A DNA stretch of 64,000 bases, taken from positions 189,138 through 253,137 of IMG/VR virus record IMGVR_UViG_3300027759_000046. One strand, given 5' to 3'. Positions 19,079-28,694 of this stretch are shown here, one piece after another. Positions within the stretch are counted from its first letter, which is position 1; each line of letters begins with the position of its first letter. The notes beneath the pieces are model-generated. The model searched no databases. It had not been told where the DNA came from and saw only the letters and a program-made list of their open reading frames with translations. Position numbers and translations under genes: made by a program.

Positions 19079-19274
19079 GTTGATTATATTTTACATAAAA
19101 CTCTCGATTTGGGTCGCACGATCCATCGATCGAGTACCAATCCTTTTCAATAGCCTCTTTTACCCATTGAGCATCTCGCTCAGTCTCAGTGTAGGCAATT
19201 GTTCCAGTTTGTGAAATATCTCCTGTGTCTGGATCAATATCGACAAACACAACTTTCCATTCTAAATTATTCAT
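19071..19274 (-). CDS. hypothetical protein
   Basis: operon context. Confidence 0.5.
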   Translation of the reverse strand: MNNLEWKVVFVDIDPDTGDISQTGTIAYTETERDAQWVKEAIEKDWYSIDGSCDPNREFYVKYNQHG

Positions 19275-19275
19275 A

Positions 19276-19434
19276 TTAATCAGTTAAATCGTTTGGGTCT
19301 TTAGTGTATGCAATATGTTTATTAAACCATTTTGAAAATTTCCAATCAGGAAATCTTCTTTTGCAAAATTCTCCGAATACAATGAAAGCAAAGGCAATGA
19401 TCCCTGCTCCAAAATATGCTATTATTCCGTTCAT
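19276..19434 (-). CDS. 52-aa membrane protein absent from the ORF track
   Basis: manual translation MNGIIAYFGAGIIAFAFIVFGEFCKRRFPDWKFSKWFNKHIAYTKDPNDLTD; fills the gap between neighbours exactly. Confidence 0.6.
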   Translation of the reverse strand: MNGIIAYFGAGIIAFAFIVFGEFCKRRFPDWKFSKWFNKHIAYTKDPNDLTD

Positions 19435-19437
19435 TAT

Positions 19438-19797
19438 TTAAAATTTAATTTCTCTAAATGTACTTGATCCTGACCAAAATTCGATCACCTCCCCGTTTTT
19501 AGGTTGAGGTCTATCGTATTCGGCTCGCATCTTTGCTAATCTTTGGTCAACTGACTTTTTGTCATATAAATTCTTAAGTGACTGCCATTCAAGATTTAGA
19601 TCTTCAATAGTCTCATCACTGAAGTTTTTAGTTATTCCAGCCGGTTCAATTAAGAGCCATTTATCAGAATTTAGAACTGACCATTGTGTGCTGGTTGTAA
19701 CTCCATATAGGAATAGCATTCGAGACTCTTCAATCTCAGCGTGATCTTTAATTAGTTGGTTGAACACCAGATTCCCCAAGTCTATTAAGTCCTTCAT
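19438..19797 (-). CDS. hypothetical protein
   Basis: ATG at 19797 (MKDLIDL). Confidence 0.5.
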   Translation of the reverse strand: MKDLIDLGNLVFNQLIKDHAEIEESRMLFLYGVTTSTQWSVLNSDKWLLIEPAGITKNFSDETIEDLNLEWQSLKNLYDKKSVDQRLAKMRAEYDRPQPKNGEVIEFWSGSSTFREIKF

Positions 19798-20389
19798 TGT
19801 GTTTTTGTATTGTTTGTTTAATCCAGTCAAAATTAACTGGAGTATAATCGGTCAAGCATGCGCATACTGAATAGGCATTCTTGATTGGATGCAAAACTTG
19901 GTGTGAGTGACCATATAGGTGATATGATCCGTGAAATTTTCCATTGAATTCCAAGATTGGATAGTGGAACAGCACAACTCGACGAAAACCGATTTTCTGT
20001 TCTGGGTCCGGAAAGAAGATCTCTTCGTAATCTTTAAAGTCAACGATTTTTGCAACTGAACTAAGTTCCCTGAACCAGTGCTCATCGATATGAGTATCGT
20101 GATTGCCTTTTAACCAAACTATATTACCCTTTAACTGGCTAAAAATCCATTTTAGATAACTTAATTTAATTCGGTGCATTGAGGCATCTCCTAGGAAGAA
20201 AACAGTATCATCCTCCTGTACAACAGAATTCCAACGAGCAATGATCTCATTATCGTGCTCCTCAATTGATTGGAAATTATGCAAACCTTCTTCAAATCGC
20301 AATACGTTATTGTGATCAAAGTGGGGATCGCTTATGAACCAGGTTTTTGCTGGATCGAATATTTTGTTCTGTGGTATTTGTCCGCTCAT
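19748..20389 (-). CDS. calcineurin-like metallophosphoesterase
   Basis: SDPH, LGD, GNHD, HYP and GHSH motifs. Confidence 0.92.
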   Translation of the reverse strand: MSGQIPQNKIFDPAKTWFISDPHFDHNNVLRFEEGLHNFQSIEEHDNEIIARWNSVVQEDDTVFFLGDASMHRIKLSYLKWIFSQLKGNIVWLKGNHDTHIDEHWFRELSSVAKIVDFKDYEEIFFPDPEQKIGFRRVVLFHYPILEFNGKFHGSYHLYGHSHQVLHPIKNAYSVCACLTDYTPVNFDWIKQTIQKHNEGLNRLGESGVQPTN

Positions 20390-21450
20390 GTTAGTTTTGT
20401 ACTAACATACCCAAAAGCGGTTTCGGCGTCACTCATTACCTTAGATCTTTGTTGAAAAGCTAGATCAGTTTGAGCCTTATCGTATTTAGACGAAGATGTG
20501 TGCTTGTCTATTTTTGTTTTATAAATCTTGACAACTTCCTGTAGGAATTCTTGAGAGTTCTGGTATTTAGATTTAGGAAGATTGAATGTTCCGTTTTGCT
20601 CCAATGTTCTAGCAAACCCCAAGATTCCATTGCAAATCTGCTCAAGGCTTAAGTCAGTCACGTCAATTCCAGGATGTTGCTCCAAGTACTGATCAAGCTG
20701 GACTGCTCTCTTCTCTCCACGAGTAAATTCGTCTGTGAATTCAGCAAGATGGGCCAAGAACCTGTTAAAATCTCGGGTAACAATTCTCTCTTCAACGTCC
20801 TTGCGAAATGCTGGGCTGACTAGCTCACCCGCCTTAATCTTGGCAACAACGCCACGATCAGTTACCGAAACTCCGAGCGCATTACCGAATGATTGATATA
20901 AGAAACCTACAACAAATCCTTTAATACCTCTAATTGGCGTGTAGCGGGCTTTTGCCCAATCGGCCGAGTAAGTGAATGTTGGAATAACATCGACTTGCAC
21001 AGGACCATCAGTTAAATTTATGACCAGTTTGAGGTTGCCTTCAGAGATGGCTTCAGTTTCTTCAGTATCTAGATCAGGTCGAGTTGATTCAGCCGACCAT
21101 TGTAAAAAGAGGCTATTATATTTTTTAAGAGTATCAATCTCAACTCGACGACCTTGAGGTTCATCAAGTGGATACATTACAAGAATATCAACATCACCGT
21201 ATGCCTTTTCAGGATTCTCTTCAAGATCCTTTTTAAAATAGACGCCTGAGCCACCTGGTCCAACTACTTTTACTGGAGCAAGACCATGTGCCTGGGCCCA
21301 TTGATTAAAATCTGCAAAGATATTTTCCAGAACCTCAATTGCCTCCTGTAAAACAGCTGGAGTTATCTTGGTTCCTTGAGTTTTGGTTGTTGCCCAGCCT
21401 CCCATTTCATTTATTTGTAAAAAGTCCGTAAATGATTTAATATTCTTCAA
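20386..21450 (-). CDS. Pol-beta-superfamily nucleotidyltransferase, leader-tagged
   Basis: GGSG...YGDVDILV...VQVD; the TTG start gives MKNIKSFTDFLQINE. Confidence 0.75.
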   Translation of the reverse strand: MKNIKSFTDFLQINEMGGWATTKTQGTKITPAVLQEAIEVLENIFADFNQWAQAHGLAPVKVVGPGGSGVYFKKDLEENPEKAYGDVDILVMYPLDEPQGRRVEIDTLKKYNSLFLQWSAESTRPDLDTEETEAISEGNLKLVINLTDGPVQVDVIPTFTYSADWAKARYTPIRGIKGFVVGFLYQSFGNALGVSVTDRGVVAKIKAGELVSPAFRKDVEERIVTRDFNRFLAHLAEFTDEFTRGEKRAVQLDQYLEQHPGIDVTDLSLEQICNGILGFARTLEQNGTFNLPKSKYQNSQEFLQEVVKIYKTKIDKHTSSSKYDKAQTDLAFQQRSKVMSDAETAFGYVSTKLT

Positions 21451-21474
21451 AACTTGTGATGTTCTTTTAGATAT

Positions 21475-22278
21475 TTATCGCTGAACTTCCGGCACCCAGT
21501 GAGTTGTGCGCCCGTCTAGAGTCTCTTCACGAACTACAGTATTTCCTTTGGGATCGAGCTTTTGTGCATAGACTTCAAATTCAAACACGAATTCTCCTTT
21601 TTCTCCGCCCAGCCTCTGGTAATTTCTGATACTGGCTCCACCTTGTGCGTATGAAGTTTTCATGATTTTCTGAATCCAGTTAAAGAGAACAGCTGTTTCA
21701 ACTTGATCAATATCTCTGACCAATCTATGCGGCGAAATGCCTGCTCGATAAAGCACTTCGCATTTAATATAATTACCTACGCCTGCGCACACTCTCTGAT
21801 CCATCAGCACCTCAACTATTGTCTTGTTAGGATACTTATTGATTGCTGAATTGAATTTAACTAGGGTGAACTCTGTATCATTGAGAGCATCTCCACCTAG
21901 ACTCGCTAATTTCTTGGTGAGCTCAGCTCTATCGTGAGAAAATTTAAGTGTACCGAACCTGCGTTGATCTACAAAATAGAGTGACCTGGTGTCATCGATA
22001 CCAATACCAAAGTGCGCGTGCTTATCTGGGTCAGTTGACCAGTAACCGCTCATACCCAATGTAATCCACACGGTTGCACCAGTTTCAAGCTCAAGCCACA
22101 TGAATTTACCCTTGACTCCTCCGCCGACTACTCGGCTTGGCAAGGACACCTCATCAATCCCAAGTGGTCTTTTTTTAAGAAATCTACCACTAAATACTTG
22201 TAACTGTGTTACTTGTGAATCTCCGATCTCTTTTCTGAGATCTTCATACACCCTTCTAACTTCTGGTCCTTCCGGCAT
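21475..22278 (-). CDS. mutM: formamidopyrimidine-DNA glycosylase (Fpg/Nei family)
   Basis: MPEGPEV N-terminus, LGMSG, DQRRFG and GVGNYIKCEVL; zincless-finger C-terminus. Confidence 0.92.
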   Translation of the reverse strand: MPEGPEVRRVYEDLRKEIGDSQVTQLQVFSGRFLKKRPLGIDEVSLPSRVVGGGVKGKFMWLELETGATVWITLGMSGYWSTDPDKHAHFGIGIDDTRSLYFVDQRRFGTLKFSHDRAELTKKLASLGGDALNDTEFTLVKFNSAINKYPNKTIVEVLMDQRVCAGVGNYIKCEVLYRAGISPHRLVRDIDQVETAVLFNWIQKIMKTSYAQGGASIRNYQRLGGEKGEFVFEFEVYAQKLDPKGNTVVREETLDGRTTHWVPEVQR

Positions 22279-22314
22279 AAGATAAATAATTTAGTAAAAA
22301 TATACTTATTAACG

Positions 22315-23781
22315 ATGGCTACAGCAACAGCATTTGCATATAACACAGGATCACCAATTGACGGGACCGACCAGGTCGGATCTCTCGCGGTCGGAATCCC
22401 AACATACGGTTTTGAATCAACTGGCCTTGAGTGGTGGGGCGGTCCCGATCAAGAATTGGGAATAGTGGTTGCAAAACCTGTTCCAAGCGAAAAACAACCG
22501 ACTCCAGTTGGAGAAAATCTTTATTTAGACGGCACACGTAAGGGAGTTGACATTGCATTGACTGGATCACCATCTCAGGTCGCTCATCAAAACTTTGGAT
22601 ATCAACAGTCTGTATTGGGAACAATCGGTATTGACTCTATTGATAAGGTAATGTTTAGCGTTTTAGTTCAGTTAGATACACCGGGCGTTCAGACAAATTC
22701 TCACTTTATTGGAGTTGGTAAAGCATCAATGAACTATCAGGGCAATCCATACCGTGGCTATCCAGGAAATGATAATGCGAGCTATGGATATTGCAGTGAC
22801 GGTAGTACATACGGAGGCGGCAGTGTTGATGTTTCGCAGTTAGCAACTTGGGGAAATGGTGATATTGTTGATATTGCGATTGATCGCTCAATAGATGCAA
22901 TGTGGGTTAGAGTAAACGGCGGCGATTGGAATAATGATCCGTCTGCTGACCCAAATAATCCAAGCGGTGGTCTGTCCGTACCGTTTGACGCAATATGTTA
23001 TCCAGTATTATGTCCAGGATACGACGGTACGATGACTATTCAGGCAAACCCGGCGTATGGAACACCAAATAATTTTAAATTTCTAGGAAGCGGTGAAACT
23101 GCATCAGTTGCATTTAGCCGAACCTCAAACAATCCTTCAACTAAAGAAGACGAATTTATCAGCATCGCATACGCTCTGCTCTATGGTCCAGGCGATATTG
23201 GCGCAAATCCTCCGTTTGCAGACGGTGCTGAAGCATCCGCTGCACTAACCGCTGCAGGATATTGGAATAGTTATTCTAGCTTCGGCAGCTCAGGATTCCA
23301 ATGGATGACAATGACAAGTATCGCTGACTCATCGGCTTCCGGTATTGGACAAAATAATATTACTGTTTCGATTACTCAAGGAGGTGGCGGTATGCAAACC
23401 GAGAATGGTATGTACCAAGCTGCAACATTCCCAGAAGAATATGGAGTTCCACTAAGCGGTAATCAAATCCGAAACACCAAAGCTGGTGTATTTACAGCAA
23501 CATTTAGCCAGCCCGTTCTGAATCCGCTAGTTGCATTTGCAAGCGTTGGTAATCCTGGATTACCAGTCCCAGTTCAATCAACTTTACCATTCACACCAAT
23601 TTTTGGTCAGGCTACAACATATCAAAACGAATGTAGTCCAACTCAATACACTCAATTTACCGGACGAGAAGGATTTAATATTATTCGAATAGATGGTACA
23701 GTCAGTAGCGTAACTTTTACGTATACTGTCGAGGAATTCTATTGCACCGTTTGTTTTGGATTCGTTGATCAAAATGCATAA
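22315..23781 (+). CDS. SPRY/B30.2-domain beta-rich virion or adhesin-like protein
   Basis: GDIVDIAID...WVRVNG.W SPRY signature; GATAAATAA at 22281. Confidence 0.7.
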   Translation: MATATAFAYNTGSPIDGTDQVGSLAVGIPTYGFESTGLEWWGGPDQELGIVVAKPVPSEKQPTPVGENLYLDGTRKGVDIALTGSPSQVAHQNFGYQQSVLGTIGIDSIDKVMFSVLVQLDTPGVQTNSHFIGVGKASMNYQGNPYRGYPGNDNASYGYCSDGSTYGGGSVDVSQLATWGNGDIVDIAIDRSIDAMWVRVNGGDWNNDPSADPNNPSGGLSVPFDAICYPVLCPGYDGTMTIQANPAYGTPNNFKFLGSGETASVAFSRTSNNPSTKEDEFISIAYALLYGPGDIGANPPFADGAEASAALTAAGYWNSYSSFGSSGFQWMTMTSIADSSASGIGQNNITVSITQGGGGMQTENGMYQAATFPEEYGVPLSGNQIRNTKAGVFTATFSQPVLNPLVAFASVGNPGLPVPVQSTLPFTPIFGQATTYQNECSPTQYTQFTGREGFNIIRIDGTVSSVTFTYTVEEFYCTVCFGFVDQNA

Positions 23782-23848
23782 TTTTAAAAAAAGCACAAGT
23801 TTATACCCAAAGTATAAAAATAGGATTAAAAATAAATTATAAATCTAC

Positions 23849-24328
23849 ATGAAAAGACACGTTCAAATTTTCGAAAATTTTGAAAGAGCGTTTGATAACG
23901 TTTACGGAGCAAATCCCTTAATAGAAAAAGCCAAAGTTGATCAAGACGGCGACGGCGATACTGATTACGTTGACGCAAAGGTTGCTCAATATCAAAAGGG
24001 CGGTATTAAAAAAGGCCAAGCAATTGCAAAGGCAAAAATGTTTGCAAAAAAGAATAATATTAAAGACTCTATCAAAGACTCGAATAAGACAGTAAAAGAG
24101 GGCTTTTTTAATAGATGGACAAAACCTTCTATTGATCAAGCTGCTCATGATTCAGTAAGGGGTCAAGGCCACAGCCACCGAGGAAACGACGATGGAGAGT
24201 ACATTATGTTTGACGGTCAAAAATTTAGCCAAGATCAAATTGAGTATGCTGACTATCATGATATGGGCAGAATTCCTAGGGTTGAAGATGGCATATTAAT
24301 TATTGCTGATCCAAATTGGAGTAATTAA
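23849..24328 (+). CDS. leader-tagged protein with DxDxDG Ca-binding-like loop
   Basis: MKRHVQIFENFE; DQDGDGDTDYVD. Confidence 0.55.
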   Translation: MKRHVQIFENFERAFDNVYGANPLIEKAKVDQDGDGDTDYVDAKVAQYQKGGIKKGQAIAKAKMFAKKNNIKDSIKDSNKTVKEGFFNRWTKPSIDQAAHDSVRGQGHSHRGNDDGEYIMFDGQKFSQDQIEYADYHDMGRIPRVEDGILIIADPNWSN

Positions 24329-24331
24329 TCT

Positions 24332-24359
24332 AAAACTGGTTGAGAGTATTAAGTAGAAT
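24332..24359 (+). promoter_or_regulatory. bipartite AAAAC-N15-AGTAGAAT promoter-like motif
   Basis: same spacing found at five other sites in the window (see findings). Confidence 0.6.
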
Positions 24360-24382
24360 AGGCTAAATCAAAAACTTAAAAT

Positions 24383-24580
24383 ATGTATTATTTAGCAAAA
24401 CTACGCTTTGAGTCAGAAGACGACAATGGCAAACAAAAAAAGATTAGAGAACAGTATTTGGTGCAAGCATCTTCAGTTGGAGAAGCTGAACAAAAATTAA
24501 TGGATCGATTTGGACAAGGAATTTCACCTTGCCAGTTAGAAGCAGTTCAAGAATCAAAAATCTTAGGCCTTATTGAATAA
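24383..24580 (+). CDS. DUF4494-like small protein
   Basis: NGKQKKIREQYLVQASSVGEAE resembles the Bacteroidota DUF4494 N-terminal domain. Confidence 0.7.
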   Translation: MYYLAKLRFESEDDNGKQKKIREQYLVQASSVGEAEQKLMDRFGQGISPCQLEAVQESKILGLIE

Positions 24581-24602
24581 AGGTTAGCTGAGACTAAAAA
24601 AG

Positions 24603-24628
24603 AAAAGGAGCATTAAGCTCCTTTTTTT
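24603..24628. terminator. bidirectional intrinsic terminator
   Basis: AAAAGGAGC-ATTAA-GCTCCTTTTTTT between convergent genes. Confidence 0.85.
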
Positions 24629-24848
24629 ATGTGAAATATGTTGGAAATTTAGAAGAGAGGCTCTTCAGTATAGTAGGATCATCTTTGCCTTCGTGCATCA
24701 GCTCATAGGCATGATCGAATATTTTGATGCTGGTGGCATTACCTATGATTGCATCAATCTTGCGACGAACAACTGACGTTGGCCCGTTTTCGTGTATCAG
24801 CTTAACTAGGTTAGCTGGCTCTGGAATAAAGTACTTGTTGAAACTCAT
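24627..24848 (-). CDS. hypothetical protein
   Basis: 73-aa ORF preceded by GTATAATA. Confidence 0.55.
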   Translation of the reverse strand: MSFNKYFIPEPANLVKLIHENGPTSVVRRKIDAIIGNATSIKIFDHAYELMHEGKDDPTILKSLSSKFPTYFT

Positions 24849-24872
24849 ATTTTTATTATACTCTGATTAAAC

Positions 24873-24903
24873 AAAAAAGGTTAGCTTTTTAGGGCTAACC
24901 TTT
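24873..24903 (-). terminator. intrinsic terminator closing the candidate ncRNA
   Basis: minus strand AAAGGTTAGC-CCTAAAAA-GCTAACCTTTTTT. Confidence 0.85.
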
Positions 24904-24904
24904 G

Positions 24905-25325
24905 GTATCGTGGGGAACGCGTATGGAAGGATTAGGGTTTACCTTCAATTTGATGCTGAGCTTGCGTTATAACGACAACCTTCGTACACTCCTGTCAGAG
25001 TCGACTCAAAGCAAGTTGGATCCGCTTGAATCACTATCGTGTTAACCACAACAGTACGAGTGCTTTATCCCACCTAGCAAAGGATTATTCAGCCATTTAA
25101 CGGGACTATTTTATACCCGTATGCCGATTGCAAAATACCATATATGTATATCAAAACCTTAGACTCCAGTGGTTAACTGGTTCAAGTTGACCGTTTGGTC
25201 TGCTGGTTTCAGCCAGCGCTTGCGGAGCATCCTCCTAATCTAAACCATTACCTGTTTTACAATCAGGTTGTTCTGGCACATACTCGATTGAAGCTCATGA
25301 CTTCCTCAACCGTTTCCCCTCGTAA
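24905..25325 (-). ncRNA. candidate large structured non-coding RNA (~420 nt), class unrecognised
   Basis: ORF-free gap in a gene-dense genome; 5' CGAGGGGAAACG pairs with 3' CGUUCCCCACG; many hairpins and long-range complements; followed by a terminator. Confidence 0.8.
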
Positions 25326-25346
25326 TTTAAAGAACTTATGTTAATA

Positions 25347-25562
25347 TTATAACGCTAATTCGGATTTCGGTTTTACTTTTAGCGAATTTTTTTCTAAAAA
25401 AGTTTGAAAACCTTCGTAGATGTAATTCGTTGTGCACTTAGTCGACTGTTGCAGAGTCTTTATGTAGGTGTGGCCGTTGGGCGCTAAGTAAAATCCAATT
25501 ACAGTTTCTTCGCCTTGATCGCCAATCAGGATCAAGTCTTCAAGTTGAATTGAGTCTCTCAT
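25347..25562 (-). CDS. hypothetical protein
   Basis: ORF overlapping the upstream stop codon. Confidence 0.5.
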   Translation of the reverse strand: MRDSIQLEDLILIGDQGEETVIGFYLAPNGHTYIKTLQQSTKCTTNYIYEGFQTFLEKNSLKVKPKSELAL

Positions 25563-25777
25563 TGTTTTTTATAGCGTCTGCGAAAGAAGATAGAGAGCCC
25601 AAAGAATAGAGCCGCAATACAGTACAATACGAAATTCGCTCTCCACAAAGTCCCAGTGAGGTGGATTAGCCAGTACTGGACGATGTCGAACCCGAACGGA
25701 TTGAAGAACAGAGCTATCATCGCGCACCATGTCGCTAGGTTGCCCAATAACGTTTTTCTCCAAGTTTCTACTATCAC
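25559..25777 (-). CDS. small two-TM membrane protein
   Basis: two hydrophobic segments and basic tail; start uncertain. Confidence 0.55.
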   Translation of the reverse strand: MIVETWRKTLLGNLATWCAMIALFFNPFGFDIVQYWLIHLTGTLWRANFVLYCIAALFFGLSIFFRRRYKKQ

Positions 25778-25825
25778 TATCCATAGATTTTTTGAAATTT
25801 GTAAATTCGAGTTTATTTATCCAGT

Positions 25826-26107
25826 TTACCACTTCGCTTCTTGACCAATATCCGGTAGAGCACAATGAAATCCTTGTAGTCTAGTTTTGGCCTCAAGAAA
25901 ACAGCCGCAAATTTTACACTGAACGAATGTTGGATTGAAATGATCGCATGCTTTACATAAGTCCATGCGACGAGTCTTTTCAATTTCCGGAACAAAAACC
26001 TTGTTCAAGATTCTTGACATTACTGTCGGTTGGCTTGATGTTTGAGAACCGCCGCCGCATCCACAATTAGCTGTGGTCGTTTCAGTAGTTTGGTTAGTTT
26101 CTGACAT
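25826..26107 (-). CDS. Cys-rich small protein (DUF6171-like)
   Basis: CGCGG; R...CKAC...QCKICGCFL.AK.RL...HC. Confidence 0.65.
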   Translation of the reverse strand: MSETNQTTETTTANCGCGGGSQTSSQPTVMSRILNKVFVPEIEKTRRMDLCKACDHFNPTFVQCKICGCFLEAKTRLQGFHCALPDIGQEAKW

Positions 26108-27082
26108 TTAATCTAATACTTTTTCAAAGACTCTTTTATCATCAAACTCCAGGTAGTTTTCAAGTAATTTACCTGAATTCTGACGATACTGAAGTACTGC
26201 AAGATCTTTGGCCTTTGCCTCAACCTCGATATCGAAAGTGAGTCCATAAGTATTTATCTTCTCATAAACATGATCGGCATGTGAACGTGCAATAACCGTA
26301 GGATCCTCGAACGTTTTCCTACAGCTTGAATAGTGAGTAAGAGGTGTATGGCCGTGCCAAGTAGTCGAAGCAAGACGTAGCGCGGCTTCCTCAGTAAGAT
26401 CGCCAGTATTGAAACGGTGATGATGGAAATCGAATGTGATTGGCGTGCCGATTTTGCAATAGACTAACGAGTAAAGATCGGCAACTGAATACTGGGCAGC
26501 CTTATCGTCGTTTTCGACAACTAGACGAGCTTTTGTATTTGGGTGTAATACTTTAAAATTCTCGCAGAACCTAGCGGCAGCCGATTCCCTGTCGCCATAG
26601 GATCCACCTAGATGAATATTAATTGGGAACTGATAGGTAATAGGTAAACCCATTAAGGTCATAATCTCGGCATGCTGGTTAAGATCCTTGATTGTTTTAC
26701 GAACAACATTTGGATTTGGAGAACACAAGACATCGAACTGGCCTGGATGCATTGAGATACGCATGCCATGCTGTAGCGCAAATTCGCCAATTGCTTGCAG
26801 ATCAGGTAGAATATCGGCAAAGTTAGGTAACTCAGTAATCTCGTACTCGGACATCCATGGAAAGATATCGCTAGACATACGATACACAAAGATATCGTTT
26901 GCAAGATTCCAGCGCAGAATTTTAAGAATGTCCTTGACGTTTTGATGAGCGAGCTCGCCACAATATACTTGACCCTTTTCCTGAAAGGTTCTCTTGATCA
27001 TGCCACGGTTGGCTGTAATCTTTTGGTCGGCTAGTGATAAGTTAATACAGCAGTAGCCAAGTCTGACGTTAGAATTTTGCAT
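26108..27082 (-). CDS. uvsE: UV-damage endonuclease
   Basis: RLGYCCIN, YRMSSD, SMHPGQF, ENDD, FDFHHH and EAKAKD; ATG at 27082. Confidence 0.95.
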   Translation of the reverse strand: MQNSNVRLGYCCINLSLADQKITANRGMIKRTFQEKGQVYCGELAHQNVKDILKILRWNLANDIFVYRMSSDIFPWMSEYEITELPNFADILPDLQAIGEFALQHGMRISMHPGQFDVLCSPNPNVVRKTIKDLNQHAEIMTLMGLPITYQFPINIHLGGSYGDRESAAARFCENFKVLHPNTKARLVVENDDKAAQYSVADLYSLVYCKIGTPITFDFHHHRFNTGDLTEEAALRLASTTWHGHTPLTHYSSCRKTFEDPTVIARSHADHVYEKINTYGLTFDIEVEAKAKDLAVLQYRQNSGKLLENYLEFDDKRVFEKVLD

Positions 27083-27095
27083 AGGTTTATTATAC

Positions 27096-27121
27096 AAAAA
27101 AAGGGACCGTAAGGTCCCTTT
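27096..27121 (-). terminator. intrinsic terminator
   Basis: minus strand AAAGGGACC-TTAC-GGTCCCTTTTTTT. Confidence 0.85.
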
Positions 27122-27140
27122 GATTTATAGTAAGCGGTTT

Positions 27141-27770
27141 TTAGAAATTAACCGATGAATAGTTTTTCGTAATTGACCTCAATACTCTCACAACGTCAAC
27201 TGCGTCCTGTAGAGCATCGTGTGTTACGATTCCGTCAATGCCTGCTCGCTTCATGCACTCAGCCAAATTCGGTAAACCTGCATCCTTTGTCCAATCCATG
27301 CACAAGATAGCTGGATCAATCATGCGTTGTCTGATCTGTACTGATGATGACCATCCTGTCAGTTTTTGCAGAAAGAGTTTATCAAATGTTGCAAAGTTTT
27401 TACCAGCAACGGTGATTCGGACTTGACCAGTTTTTGAGTCTGGATCGCCTAATCCGTTTGCCTGCAACCATAAGCCGAATGATTTTGCAACGAGGCCTTC
27501 GGGTAAGATATTGTATTTCTTACGCAAGTCAGCTCGCTCTTCTTTATTCGCTCGTTCCAATTCGCCAAGCTGAGCCAGAATATCCTTATTCATGACCAGT
27601 GCAAATGGGCTGCCTGTGTATTGAGGGTGTTCAACTAGACACTTAAATCTAGGCAGGTCCTCAATAGGTAATGGATTAGCTGTGTCCTCAATAACTGCAC
27701 CGATCTGAATCGTTTGGCAAGTTTCTGGATCTAATCCCGTTGTTTCTATGTCTATTGATACGTATTTCAT
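27141..27770 (-). CDS. DEDDh 3'-5' exonuclease
   Basis: DIETTGLD, GKNFATFD and HDALQDA. Confidence 0.9.
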   Translation of the reverse strand: MKYVSIDIETTGLDPETCQTIQIGAVIEDTANPLPIEDLPRFKCLVEHPQYTGSPFALVMNKDILAQLGELERANKEERADLRKKYNILPEGLVAKSFGLWLQANGLGDPDSKTGQVRITVAGKNFATFDKLFLQKLTGWSSSVQIRQRMIDPAILCMDWTKDAGLPNLAECMKRAGIDGIVTHDALQDAVDVVRVLRSITKNYSSVNF

Positions 27771-27790
27771 GTAGTCTATTATACTATAGG

Positions 27791-28207
27791 TTAAAAAGGA
27801 AGGCTATCATCGCTCCAGTTAAAATCAGTTTCGGCTTGAGGTTTACTTGGTGTTGTATCAATATCGCCGAATACATCGTCATCAAATTCTCCAGCATCAG
27901 CAGTTATGCCAATTGGACCGGATTTTTTCTGACCACTAATTCTCCAAGCCTCAAGGGTTGTGAAATATTTTACTGATCCTAATTTGTCTGTCCAGTCTCG
28001 GCCTTTTACGTCGAATGCAACTGAAACAGTATCGCCAATATCGAATGACTCTAGCATATCGCATTTGTCTTGTACCAATTGGAAAAGGATTTTTTGTGGG
28101 TACTTATCTCCCACCTCAATTACGAATTCGCGTTTACGAAATCCCTTATTGAAAGTTTGCGCTGGGAACATCTCAATGATCGTTCCGGTTAATTCAAATT
28201 TATTCAT
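27791..28207 (-). CDS. DUF3127-family single-stranded DNA-binding protein
   Basis: OB-fold FRKREFVIE..KYPQ..GRDW..YFTTLEAWRI; acidic tail ending SDDSLPF. Confidence 0.85.
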   Translation of the reverse strand: MNKFELTGTIIEMFPAQTFNKGFRKREFVIEVGDKYPQKILFQLVQDKCDMLESFDIGDTVSVAFDVKGRDWTDKLGSVKYFTTLEAWRISGQKKSGPIGITADAGEFDDDVFGDIDTTPSKPQAETDFNWSDDSLPF

Positions 28208-28208
28208 G

Positions 28209-28688
28209 TTAGAAATCTGGGTTTGTTATTTTTATATCGTAGTTTTGGAAATTTTCAAAGTCTTTGCGATCAGCCTCAATACGGCGATCAACTGAGTCGC
28301 CTGGCATATTACGGTGAGTCATACGTTCACGCCTAACCTCTTCATCAATATCAATAAAGATTACCAATGAATCTTTACGGGAGTCATCAGACAGGTGAGC
28401 TAAGCCGCTTGGTGTCATGATGAATATGTCATCCTCTTCAAATTGAGTTCGAGTAGTTCCGTAAATCCAGCCGTTAAACTCAACGTATTCATAGAACTCG
28501 TCATTTTTAATTAGACTCGCCGCCTGTTCTGGAGTCAAGAAGAAATAGTCTTGTCCATCAACTTCGCCTTCTCTTGGCGGGCGTGTTGTGTAACTAACTG
28601 CGTATTTAAAGCCGCGTGATTCAAATTTTTTGCGAAGGTAATCTTTGCCGCTTGCAGCACGACCTACTATGATTATTCGTTTATGCAT
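28209..28688 (-). CDS. gmk: guanylate kinase-like nucleotide kinase
   Basis: GRAASGKD, TTRPPREGEVDGQDYFF and YGT. Confidence 0.88.
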   Translation of the reverse strand: MHKRIIIVGRAASGKDYLRKKFESRGFKYAVSYTTRPPREGEVDGQDYFFLTPEQAASLIKNDEFYEYVEFNGWIYGTTRTQFEEDDIFIMTPSGLAHLSDDSRKDSLVIFIDIDEEVRRERMTHRNMPGDSVDRRIEADRKDFENFQNYDIKITNPDF

Positions 28689-28694
28689 ATATGA

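Noticed and set aside
24905-25325. RNase P RNA call for the structured RNA (GAGGAAGUC, GUGCCAGAA and GGUAAACC fragments resemble conserved regions)
   Set aside because: There is no room for P2/P3 before GAGGAAGUC, no canonical ACAnAAnnCGGCUUA 3' element, and GGUAAACC lies after rather than before the putative P4 3' strand. Left unclassified pending a covariance-model search.
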